Shown piece after piece: positions 9,230 through 18,964 of a stretch of 64,000 nt of DNA. The notes below the pieces were generated by a model, which ran no database searches, was not told where the DNA came from, and saw only the letters and a list, made by a program, of their open reading frames with translations. The first letter of the stretch is position 1. Each line of letters opens with the position of its first letter. Source of the DNA: an uncultured delta proteobacterium (lineage in GTDB: Bacteria > Myxococcota > Myxococcia > Myxococcales > Myxococcaceae); the NCBI GenBank assembly GCA_963771175.1, contig CAVYSY010000030.1, positions 32,001 to 96,000 of the forward strand, read 5' to 3'. The translations under genes and the position numbers were made by a program.

Positions 9230-11328
9230 TGTCTCGAAGGCTTGCACGCCCGTTGTGCCTGGTGCTGTCCCTGTTCCTCGTCCCGCTCTCCGCGCGTGCG
9301 AACACCGCGAGCGAGGAGGAGTGCGCGGAGACCGGACGGCTCGTCATTCCCTCCGTCCCCCTGGAGCAGGACCGCTTCGCGTTGGCGCTGAACAGGTTCT
9401 GCGCGGACCTCCGGACGTCGAGGTTCGAGCCCGGCAACGTGACCGATCTTCCCCCCACGAGCCTCGCCCCGGCGCGAGCCGCCGAGCGGTTCGTGGTGGA
9501 GTCGCTGGTGGCCGCGGTCTCTTCCCTGGGCAATGACAAGGCCAGGGCCGGGGAGGCGGTCGCGTCGCTGAGCGCCCTCAAGAAGACGTGTGAGGCCATC
9601 GCCTTGCGGCGGCTCGAGGGTCAGGACATCCAGAACCTGAGGGCGTTCCACGGCCAGCTCCCCGAAGTGCTCTTCGTCATGGACCAGCTTGCCCTGAACC
9701 AGACGACGCTCCGGGGCCTCTTCACCGGGGTGAGCGGGCTCAAGTCCGGAGCCGAGGAGCTCGCCGCCGGGCCCTGGCAGGCACTGGAGGCGAACCTCGT
9801 CGCGGGAATGACGACGTTCGTGGTGGGACGCGCCAAGGCCGAGTCCATCCTCTACCTGTCTCAGCAGCTCAAGAAGACGCTGTGCGAGGGCAAGGCGCGG
9901 CCGTACTACCGCAACGTGTGCGTGGCCCTGGGCGATCTGGATGTGAAGCTCCAGCTCGCGGCCATGGGCGCCTACATCCAGGCCGCCGCGCAGCGTGACC
10001 TGGAGGATCTGCCCGATGCGCTCCTCGAGCAGACCGCCTGCAAGCCGTCCGCGCGCGTGCCCGAGCTGACCGCGGCCCGCCTGGGCCTGTCGTTCTACCG
10101 GGAGTCGAAGTCGAGCCGGCACCCCCTGGAGCTCTCGCGCAACCTCCAGCATGTGCAGCTCGCCTGTGCCACGGGGCCCTGCTCGGAGTTGATGGAGGTC
10201 ATCAAGGTGGGCTCCCGCCTGATGGAGGCCATCCAGCGGCAGAGTGGCTGGGAGCGACTGCCCCTGGCGGCCCCGGACGACATCAGGTGGCGGCACCATG
10301 CCCTCGGCACGCTGTTGTCGTTCGAGAAGCTCCAGCACATCACTCTCTCGGAGGGGGATTTCGCCACGGGGTTGAACTTCATCGACAGCGCGCTGCACGA
10401 GGTGGTGGACATCTCCTCGGCCATCCAGCAGCTCCGCGATGACCCGAAGGGCTCCAAGGCGTTGGACCTGGGAGTCCAGGTCTCGCGCTCGGTGTCCGTG
10501 TTCATCCAACTGGGAATCGAGGGCGGCCAGCGGTGGGCCGGGCTGAGCGCCACCCAGACGCGGCCGCTCCTGGTGGCGCGGGAGGTGGCGCGATTTGGCG
10601 AGCACGCGATGGATGACCTGCGGCCGGGTCCCCTCGCGCTGGCGCTGAGCGACCTGCTCGTGAGCCTGAGGACACACGTGCCGGAGCTCCAGCTCCCCCC
10701 GGCGGTGGGCCAGGTCATGCCCTTCGTGGTGGAGCTGGCGAACGCGACGACGAGCGATCATGTGGCCAAGGCGCTCGAAACGGCGGCGGCACCGGTGGGG
10801 GGCTACCAGGGCAAGTTCGAGCGCTTCACCGTGTCCCTCAATGCCCTGCTGGGGGTCTCCGGCGGCTTCGAGTGGCTGGATGACGGCACCCAGGTCACCA
10901 ACAGTCCCATCCTCGGCCTCATCGCGCCGGTGGGCGTGCATGCCGCCGGACCGGTGAGCGACAACGTGCACCTGGGCGTGATGGCCTCGGTCCTCGACCT
11001 GGGAAACCTGGCCGCTGTCCGGCTCGACAACGAGACCCAGACGGGGGCGACCCGCACGTCCGTGGAGAACCCGTCCCGGGTGAGCTTCGCGCAGGTGTTC
11101 GGGCCGGGCTTCTACGGGACGCTCGGGCTCGGGCTGGGGACGACACCCCGCTCGCCGTTCCTGATCGGCGCCGGAGTCTCCCTGGTCCCGGGTGGCCGTG
11201 AGGTGACCACCACCACCACGCGCACCACGCCCGAGGGCGGCGTGGAGACCGTGACCAGCACCACCACCGAGACGGCGGTGCGCGCCTCCATCTTCCTGGC
11301 GGTCGACGTCACCCTCCTCCCGTTCTGA
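9229..11328 (+). CDS. Secreted hypothetical protein with a possible C-terminal beta-barrel
   Basis: About 700-aa ORF; signal peptide (RRLARPLCLVLSLFLVPLSARA); TGATG coupling to the S8 gene; C-terminal amphipathic strands ending in Phe. Confidence 0.65.
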   Translation: MSRRLARPLCLVLSLFLVPLSARANTASEEECAETGRLVIPSVPLEQDRFALALNRFCADLRTSRFEPGNVTDLPPTSLAPARAAERFVVESLVAAVSSLGNDKARAGEAVASLSALKKTCEAIALRRLEGQDIQNLRAFHGQLPEVLFVMDQLALNQTTLRGLFTGVSGLKSGAEELAAGPWQALEANLVAGMTTFVVGRAKAESILYLSQQLKKTLCEGKARPYYRNVCVALGDLDVKLQLAAMGAYIQAAAQRDLEDLPDALLEQTACKPSARVPELTAARLGLSFYRESKSSRHPLELSRNLQHVQLACATGPCSELMEVIKVGSRLMEAIQRQSGWERLPLAAPDDIRWRHHALGTLLSFEKLQHITLSEGDFATGLNFIDSALHEVVDISSAIQQLRDDPKGSKALDLGVQVSRSVSVFIQLGIEGGQRWAGLSATQTRPLLVAREVARFGEHAMDDLRPGPLALALSDLLVSLRTHVPELQLPPAVGQVMPFVVELANATTSDHVAKALETAAAPVGGYQGKFERFTVSLNALLGVSGGFEWLDDGTQVTNSPILGLIAPVGVHAAGPVSDNVHLGVMASVLDLGNLAAVRLDNETQTGATRTSVENPSRVSFAQVFGPGFYGTLGLGLGTTPRSPFLIGAGVSLVPGGREVTTTTTRTTPEGGVETVTSTTTETAVRASIFLAVDVTLLPF

Positions 11329-11367
11329 GTCCAGCCACCCTGCCGCTCCAGTCCTATTCCTGACGTC

Positions 11368-11402
11368 TCCTGGACATTCCTCCTCATGAAGGAATTCCAG
11401 GA
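11368..11402. other. Imperfect inverted repeat (terminator or operator)
   Basis: TCCTGGA-C-ATTCCT ... AGGAAT-TCCAGGA in intergenic DNA. Confidence 0.4.
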
Positions 11403-11494
11403 AGTCTCCGGGCTGGTGCTAAGACGCGCGTCCTCCCCCTGTCGTGGGGTCGGGCTCCCCCCGCCCGGCTCCTTGGCCCCAACCGAGGCACGCG

Positions 11495-12544
11495 ATGAAT
11501 CTCCGATACACGTTGTTCTTGATGCCGGCGCTGTACCTGGCGGGCTGTGGCCCCTCCCAGGACGAGGTCGTGGTGGATGAGCTCACGGGCCAGGTGCTCG
11601 AGGAGGCCACGACCGAGTACGACATGCATCGGCTGCTCGAGGACTCGGACATCACCGGCGGGCAGTGGATTACCACCGCGCAGGTGCAGGCGTTCCTGCA
11701 GCAGAAGGGCTCGTACCTGGCCACCTACAAGGACCCTGCCTGGAGCAACAAGACGGCGGCGGCGCTCATCGTGGAGCGCTCCAAGGCGTACACCATCAGC
11801 CCGCTCTACATGCTGGCGCGCATCCAGACGGAGTCGAGCCTCATCACCAGCGGCACCTCCACCAATCTGGCCAAGGCCACCGGCTGTGGCTGCCCGGACA
11901 GCGGTGGGTGCACCGTGTCCTACGCGGGCTTTGGCAACCAGATTGAGTGCTCGGCCAAGAAGATGCGCGGCTACCTCACGGACCTGGAGGCGGGCCGGGC
12001 CACCATCTCCGGGTGGAAGCCGGGCGTGACGAAGAGCACCTCGGATCCGTGCTCGGTGACGCCGGTCAACAAGGCCACCGCGGCGCTCTACACGTACACC
12101 CCGTGGGTGGGCGCGTACGCCATCCAGTGCGGCCGCACCGACATCGGCGGCTCGTCGCTGGTGGCGGTGAAGTACAACCAGTTCAAGGGCGAGTACGCCT
12201 GGGGCACCGGCACCACCGTCACGTGCTACTCGGGCACGGTGGACGCCAACGTGGCCGTGGGCGTGTGCGTGCAGAGCTCCTCGGATGCCATCTGGCGGCA
12301 GTGCCAGGCCGACGGCACCTTCACCGCGGGCACCACCACCAAGCCCACCAACTGCACGGCCTCGTGGCCGTGGTGCAGCTCGGCCACGCTGGGCAGGTAC
12401 GTGCCGGCGCGCACGTGCGTGCAGTCCAGCGGCGACCTGCAGTGGCACCAGTGCGGCTCCGAGGGGGCGTGGCTGTCCGCGCCGAACGCGTCGACCACCG
12501 GCAGCGGCCCGGTGGGCACCTGCTACGCCTCCTACGCGCTCTGA
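11495..12544 (+). CDS. Lipoprotein with a putative lysozyme/SLT-like domain and two Cys-rich C-terminal repeats
   Basis: Lipobox LAGC; ISPLYMLARIQTESSLI, GCGCPD, YAGFGNQI, NKATAALYTYTPW; repeats C-x-S-x-T-x8-9-CVQSS-x-D-x2-W-x-QC. Confidence 0.65.
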   Translation: MNLRYTLFLMPALYLAGCGPSQDEVVVDELTGQVLEEATTEYDMHRLLEDSDITGGQWITTAQVQAFLQQKGSYLATYKDPAWSNKTAAALIVERSKAYTISPLYMLARIQTESSLITSGTSTNLAKATGCGCPDSGGCTVSYAGFGNQIECSAKKMRGYLTDLEAGRATISGWKPGVTKSTSDPCSVTPVNKATAALYTYTPWVGAYAIQCGRTDIGGSSLVAVKYNQFKGEYAWGTGTTVTCYSGTVDANVAVGVCVQSSSDAIWRQCQADGTFTAGTTTKPTNCTASWPWCSSATLGRYVPARTCVQSSGDLQWHQCGSEGAWLSAPNASTTGSGPVGTCYASYAL

Positions 12545-12562
12545 GGCCCCGTGCCTCCCATG

Positions 12563-12587
12563 GCCCGGGGCCCCGAGGGCTCCGGGC
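12563..12587. terminator. GC-rich hairpin between convergent genes
   Basis: GCCCGGGGCCC-CGA-GGGCTCCGGGC, 11-bp stem with one G-T pair. Confidence 0.45.
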
Positions 12588-13798
12588 TAGAAGGCCACGG
12601 GCAGGCGCTGCAGGCCATTCACGAGGATGCCGTCGCGCCAGCGCAGCTCGGCCGGGTCCACGGCGAAGCGCAGGCGCGGCAGGCGCTCCAGCATCAGATT
12701 GATGGCGATGGTGGCCTCGAGCCGGGCCAGCGGCGCGCCCAGGCAGAAGTGGATGCCGAAGCCGAAGGCGATGTGCCGGTTGGGCTCGCGGGTGATGTCG
12801 AACCGCTCCGGCTCGGAGAACTGCTCGGGGTCGTGGTCGGCCGCCATCAGCGAGGCCACCACGCCCTCTCCCTCGGGAATCACCTGGCCGCGGAACTCGA
12901 TGTCCTTCGGAGCGAAGCGGAAGGTGGAGGTCTCCACCGGGCCCCGGTAGCGCAGCATCTCCTCCACCGCCGAGTCGATGAGGGCCGGGTTGGCGCGCAG
13001 CCGCTCCAGTTGCTCCGGGTGCGTGAGCAGCGCCCAGGTGCCGTTGCCAATGAGGTTCACCGTCGTCTCGTGGCCCGCCACCAGCAGCAGGAAGAGCATG
13101 CTCATCAGCTCCATCGGCGAGAGCCTGTCTCCCTGCTCCTCGGCGGCCATCATCGCGGTGAGCAGGTCGTCGCGCGGGTCGGCCCGGCGGCGCGCCAGGA
13201 GGCCCTGGAAGTACTGGACGAACTGCATGCCGGCCCGCTGGATGGGCTCGAAGTTCCCCCCGACGGGTGGGGTGAAGATGGTGGTCGTCCAATCGCGGAA
13301 CTGGTCCCGGTCCTCTACCGGCACCCCGAGCAGCTCGGCGATGACGGTGATGGGCAGGGGGAAGGCGAAGGCGTCCAGCAGGTCCATGGAGCCATTCGCC
13401 TGGACCGAGTCCAGGAGCTGGGTGGCGATGGCGGTGATGCGCGGGCGCAGGTCCTCCACGCGGCGCGGGTTGAAGGCCTTGGACACCAGCGTGCGCAGGC
13501 GCGTGTGGTCCGGCGGATCCGCCATGAGCATGTGCTGGTTGAGCGCCTGCATCGTGTCGGTCCGGATCTGCCGGGCGCGCGACGCCTCGGGGAGCTTGCG
13601 CATGTCCTTGGTGAAGCGCGGGTCTCTCAGCAGCTCCACCGCGTCCTTGTAGCGGGTCGCCACCCACACCGGCAGCTGCTGGTGGGGGTCGAACAGCCGC
13701 ACCAGGGGCGCCTCCTCCCGCATGCGCGCGTAGAGGGGCAGGGGATTGGCGCGCGTCTCCGGCGCCCACAGGTCGTAGCGATTGGGGTTCGTGCTCAA
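12587..13798 (-). CDS. Cytochrome P450 (CYP107-like)
   Basis: DPPDHTRLR, AGHETT, EEMLR, HIAFGFGIHFCLG heme motif; TTG start after GGAGG. Confidence 0.95.
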   Translation of the reverse strand: MSTNPNRYDLWAPETRANPLPLYARMREEAPLVRLFDPHQQLPVWVATRYKDAVELLRDPRFTKDMRKLPEASRARQIRTDTMQALNQHMLMADPPDHTRLRTLVSKAFNPRRVEDLRPRITAIATQLLDSVQANGSMDLLDAFAFPLPITVIAELLGVPVEDRDQFRDWTTTIFTPPVGGNFEPIQRAGMQFVQYFQGLLARRRADPRDDLLTAMMAAEEQGDRLSPMELMSMLFLLLVAGHETTVNLIGNGTWALLTHPEQLERLRANPALIDSAVEEMLRYRGPVETSTFRFAPKDIEFRGQVIPEGEGVVASLMAADHDPEQFSEPERFDITREPNRHIAFGFGIHFCLGAPLARLEATIAINLMLERLPRLRFAVDPAELRWRDGILVNGLQRLPVAF

Positions 13799-13860
13799 GG
13801 TGTGCCTCCAGGGGGTGAAGCGAGGGGCCCGGCCCGTCCTCGCGCGACTCCCTGGATAGC

Positions 13861-15183
13861 CTAGAGCAGCGTCCCGCGCAGGATGAGGCTGGCGACGGTG
13901 AAATAGATGACGAGACCGGATACATCCACCAGCGTGGCCACGAAGGGCGCGGAGGCGCTCGCGGGGTCGAAGCCCAGCCGGCGGAGCAGGAAGGGCAGCA
14001 TGGAGCCGGAGACGGTGCCCCACATCACCACGCCCACCAGGGACAGGCCCACCGTCAGCGCCACCAGCAGGGCGTGCTCGCCGTAGCTGTGGAAGAGGGA
14101 CTGCCAGAGGAGGATGCGCGCGATGCCCACCGAGCCCAGGACGGCGCCCAGGGCCAGCCCCGCGCCCACTTCGCGCCGCATCACGCGCCACCAGTCGCGC
14201 AACCGCACCTCGGAGAGCGCCAGCGAGCGGATGATGAGCGTGGTGGCCTGGCTGCCCGAGTTGCCCCCGGAGCTGATGATGAGCGGGATGAAGAGGCTGA
14301 GCACCACCGCCCGGGCAATCTCCTCCTCGAAGTGGCCCATGGCCGTGGCCGTGAGCATCTCGCCCAGGAAGAGCACGAGCAGCCAGCCCGCCCGCTTCTT
14401 CAACATGGCGAGGAAGCCCACCTCGAAGTAGGGCGCGTCGAGGGCCTCCATGCCGCCCACCTTCTGGATGTCCTCGGTGGCCTCCTCCTGCACCACCTGG
14501 ACGATGTCGTCCACGGTGACGATGCCCTTCATCCGCTGCTCGGCGTCCACCACCGGAATCGCCATCAGCCCGTGCTCGGCGAAGAGCCGGCTGACCGCCT
14601 CCTGGTCGGTGTCCTCGGAGACGGTGATGAGGTCGCGGCTCATCACGTCCACCACGCGCTTGTCCGGGGCCGCCTGGAAGAGCTGGCGCAGTGACACCAC
14701 GCCCCGCAGGTGCTGCTGCCCGTCCAGCACGTAGGCGTAGTAGACCGTCTCCACCTTCTCGCGTGTCTGCTTGCGCAGGTAGCTGATGGCCTCGTCGATG
14801 GTCATCTCCGGCCGCACGCGCGCGAAGCGGGGATTCATCAACCCACCCGCGTCGTCCTCGGCGTAGGCCAGCAGGGCGTGCACCTCGCGGCGGGTGGTCT
14901 CGTCCAGCTCCCTCAGCAGCGGCTCCCGCGCCTCCCCGGGGGCGGACTGGATGACGTCCACCGCGTCGTCCGGGGCGAGCAGCCGCAGCCACGTGCGCCG
15001 CTCGCCCGGGGCCATGGCGAGGATGAGCTCCGCCTGCTCCTGCGAGGACAGCGAGAGGAAGAAGTCGTCCGCCGTGCCGTGCGGCACCAGCTTGAAGCTC
15101 TCCACGCGCTCTTCGCGCGAGAGCGCGGGCCAGGCATCACGCAATTCGTGCGGGAAGATGGGCTCGGGGTCCAGCGTCGCCAT
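13861..15183 (-). CDS. mgtE: Magnesium transporter MgtE
   Basis: AGGLM, CBS pair, EEATEDI, GGNSGSQA, DPASASAPFVATLVD. Confidence 0.95.
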   Translation of the reverse strand: MATLDPEPIFPHELRDAWPALSREERVESFKLVPHGTADDFFLSLSSQEQAELILAMAPGERRTWLRLLAPDDAVDVIQSAPGEAREPLLRELDETTRREVHALLAYAEDDAGGLMNPRFARVRPEMTIDEAISYLRKQTREKVETVYYAYVLDGQQHLRGVVSLRQLFQAAPDKRVVDVMSRDLITVSEDTDQEAVSRLFAEHGLMAIPVVDAEQRMKGIVTVDDIVQVVQEEATEDIQKVGGMEALDAPYFEVGFLAMLKKRAGWLLVLFLGEMLTATAMGHFEEEIARAVVLSLFIPLIISSGGNSGSQATTLIIRSLALSEVRLRDWWRVMRREVGAGLALGAVLGSVGIARILLWQSLFHSYGEHALLVALTVGLSLVGVVMWGTVSGSMLPFLLRRLGFDPASASAPFVATLVDVSGLVIYFTVASLILRGTLL

Positions 15184-15246
15184 GGCGGCTGCTCCTCTGC
15201 GCGGCGGGGCACCCTTCATCCAACTCCCGAGGATTGTCCAGCCCGT

Positions 15247-16643
<1,397 letters not shown>

Positions 16644-16647
<4 letters not shown>

Positions 16648-18107
16648 GCCTCAGCCCCCTGTGACTCCTGGGTCTCCTTTGGAAGGAAGATGGAGAAGCA
16701 ACTGCCCCGCCCGTGCTCACTGCTCACGGAGATCCACCCCCCGTGGTCCCGGATGAGCCCATAGGAGACGGACAGGCCCAGTCCCGTGCCCTCTCCCACG
16801 TCCTTGGTGGTGAAGAAGGGCTCGAAGATGTGGGGGAGCGTCTCCGGGGGGATGCCCTCGCCCTCATCCATCACGTCCAGCCGCACCCAATCGGCCTCCG
16901 GGCCACCCGGGTCCGATGGCGGCAGGGCACGCGCGGAGCCCAGGCTCACCCGCAGCGTGCCCGGGCGCTTCATCGCCTGGAGGCCGTTGACCACCAGGTT
17001 GGTGAGCGCCTGTTGAATCTGCCCGGCATCCACGTGCAGGTTCACCGGGCCCGAGGCCTCGAAGGCGAGGATGATGTTGCGTCGCGCGGCCAGGGGCCGC
17101 AGCAGCTTCAAGCTCCGTTCCACCAGCTCGGCCAGGTCCTCCGGGCTCCGCTGGGGCGTCCGCCGCCGGGCGAAGTCCAGGAGCTGGCGGATGATGCCCG
17201 ACATGTGCTGCACCTGCTGGGAGATGATGCGGGCGCACTCCTGTATCTCGTCTCCCGCGGCGTCTCCGGAGGCAATCATCTTCGCCCGGCCGAGCACCAC
17301 GTTGAGCGGGGTGCCCAGCTCGTGGGCCATGCCGGAGGCGAGCTTGCCCACCGTGCCCAGCCGATCCGCGTGCCGCAGGTGCTCGAGCGTGGCCAGGCGC
17401 GCCGCTGTCTCCGCCGCCACCTGCGCGCGCGCGGTCGCCAGCCCCGCCGCCATCTGGTTCATCGCGTCGGCCAGGGTGGCCAGCTCGTCCTTCTGCTTCA
17501 GGTTCACCCGCGCCTCCAGGTCTCCCTGGCCAATGCGGTGTGCCAGCCCCACGAGTTGCTCCACCGGGCGGCCCACCAGCCGGCGGCCCATGGCCATGGC
17601 CACCAGCAGGAAGGCCAGGGTGATGGCGCAAGTGGCCAGTGCCGTGCCCACCACTGTCTGGCGCACGTGCAGTCGCTGCTCCGTGAGGGGCTCGATGATC
17701 TCAATGGCGCCTCTCCTCGGACCGATGACCACCGGGGTGTAGGAGCGCAACAGGCCCGGTCCGATGTCGTCGTCCACCAGGGAGGTGTCCCGACCGGCGA
17801 GCAGCTCCTCCTGCTGGGCTCGCGGCAGCTCCCTCGCCTCCGGCGAGTCCAACCACAGCCAGCTCAGTTGCACCTGCTCCTGGAAGCGGTTGGCCTCCGC
17901 CAGCAGCGTGAGGGCCTGCTCCTCGCCCTCCGTCTCCCAGGCTCGGACGAAGGAGCCGCCCAGCGAGTGGCCGAGCAGGCGATGATCATGCTGCATGTCC
18001 AGCGCCGAGCGGGCCAGCTCTCGTTGGACCTCGACGGTCTCGAGCCCCGCGATGACGGCGAAGGCGAGCAGCACGAGGGCGAGGGTAATCTTCCGAGCGA
18101 GATTCAT
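16644..18107 (-). CDS. Membrane sensor histidine kinase with a HAMP domain
   Basis: Two TMs, HAMP, AHELGTPL H-box, DEGEGI, FFTTK, GTGLGL; overlaps the regulator gene by 4 nt. Confidence 0.95.
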
Positions 18108-18257
18108 TCGGCCTGGGTATCCGGGAGCGACCGTGGGCCCCAGAACAGCTCCTGCTCCACCAACAACTCGCACACCTGCCCTGGTCCACGGTCAGTGGGG
18201 GAGGGAAGAGGGCATGGGCCAGGATGGGGGTGCAAGCAGGAAAGGGGTCGCCTCCTG

Positions 18258-18273
18258 AGCATGGCCCGTGCCA
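18258..18273 (-). promoter_or_regulatory. Sigma-54 (-24/-12) promoter for the kinase/regulator operon
   Basis: Minus strand reads TGGCACGGGCCATGCT (GG-N10-GC). Confidence 0.7.
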
Positions 18274-18328
18274 CCAGGGCTTCTCCTCGGGCCCCCGGGA
18301 GGTGGTGGGGAAAACGGGCTCCGAGGCC

Positions 18329-18362
18329 TGGGGCACAATGCCCCGTGGGGCAGGATGCCCCG
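18329..18362. promoter_or_regulatory. Tandem 17-bp palindromic repeats, putative enhancer-binding-protein site
   Basis: TGGGGCAcaaTGCCCCG followed directly by TGGGGCAggaTGCCCCG. Confidence 0.65.
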
Positions 18363-18405
18363 TGCGTCCCACGGGGTGAGCCCCTCCGGGTCGGGTTGTT
18401 CACAC

Positions 18406-18421
18406 TGGCATGCGCCATGCT
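18406..18421 (+). promoter_or_regulatory. Sigma-54 (-24/-12) promoter for the single-domain response regulator
   Basis: TGGCATGCGCCATGCT (GG-N10-GC), 38 nt before the ATG. Confidence 0.65.
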
Positions 18422-18458
18422 GTGCAGGGGCTGACCCCTCCCGCTCTGGTCGTGCGCC

Positions 18459-18887
18459 ATGATGCCACCCCTGCCGTCCGAACCCCGCCCCCTGCGCATC
18501 CTCCTGGCAGAGGATGATGACGAGATGCGCGCGCTCCTCACGCTGGCGCTGGCGCGGGCGGGCTACGCGGTGGTGGCGCTGGAGGACGGCTTCGAGCTGG
18601 CCGACTACGTGGCGCTGACGCAGGTGTGTGGCGGTCCGTTGCTGCCGCCGGACGTCATCCTCTCGGATGTGCGGATGCCGGGGCGCACCGGGCTGGAGGT
18701 GCTCGCCCAGGCTCATGCGGCCGGGCTCTCCTGCCCGGTGATCATCCTCTCGGCCTTCGCGGACGACGAGACGCGGACGGAGGCGCGGCGACTCGGTGTG
18801 TGCGCCGTGCTGGACAAGCCGGTGGACCTGGAGGTGCTGAGGGATACCGTGGTAGAGGTGGCCCGCTCCGGGAGCAGGCCCCGCTGA
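18459..18887 (+). CDS. Single-domain response regulator
   Basis: ILLAEDD, SDVRMPG, LSAF, KP receiver motifs. Confidence 0.9.
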   Translation: MMPPLPSEPRPLRILLAEDDDEMRALLTLALARAGYAVVALEDGFELADYVALTQVCGGPLLPPDVILSDVRMPGRTGLEVLAQAHAAGLSCPVIILSAFADDETRTEARRLGVCAVLDKPVDLEVLRDTVVEVARSGSRPR

Positions 18888-18964
18888 TCCTCCGCTGGCC
18901 CACCGTGTGCAGTGGGTGGCTGATCCCACGAGGACCTTCCCGCTCCACCTCGCGCGCCCCCCGC

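Noticed and set aside
12587..13798. P450 as part of the NRPS cassette
   Set aside because: About 7 kb away, separated by unrelated genes; no evidence of linkage
13798..14992. Apparent 801-aa P450 fusion
   Set aside because: The extension overlaps mgtE in another frame; the P450 starts at TTG 13798 after GGAGG
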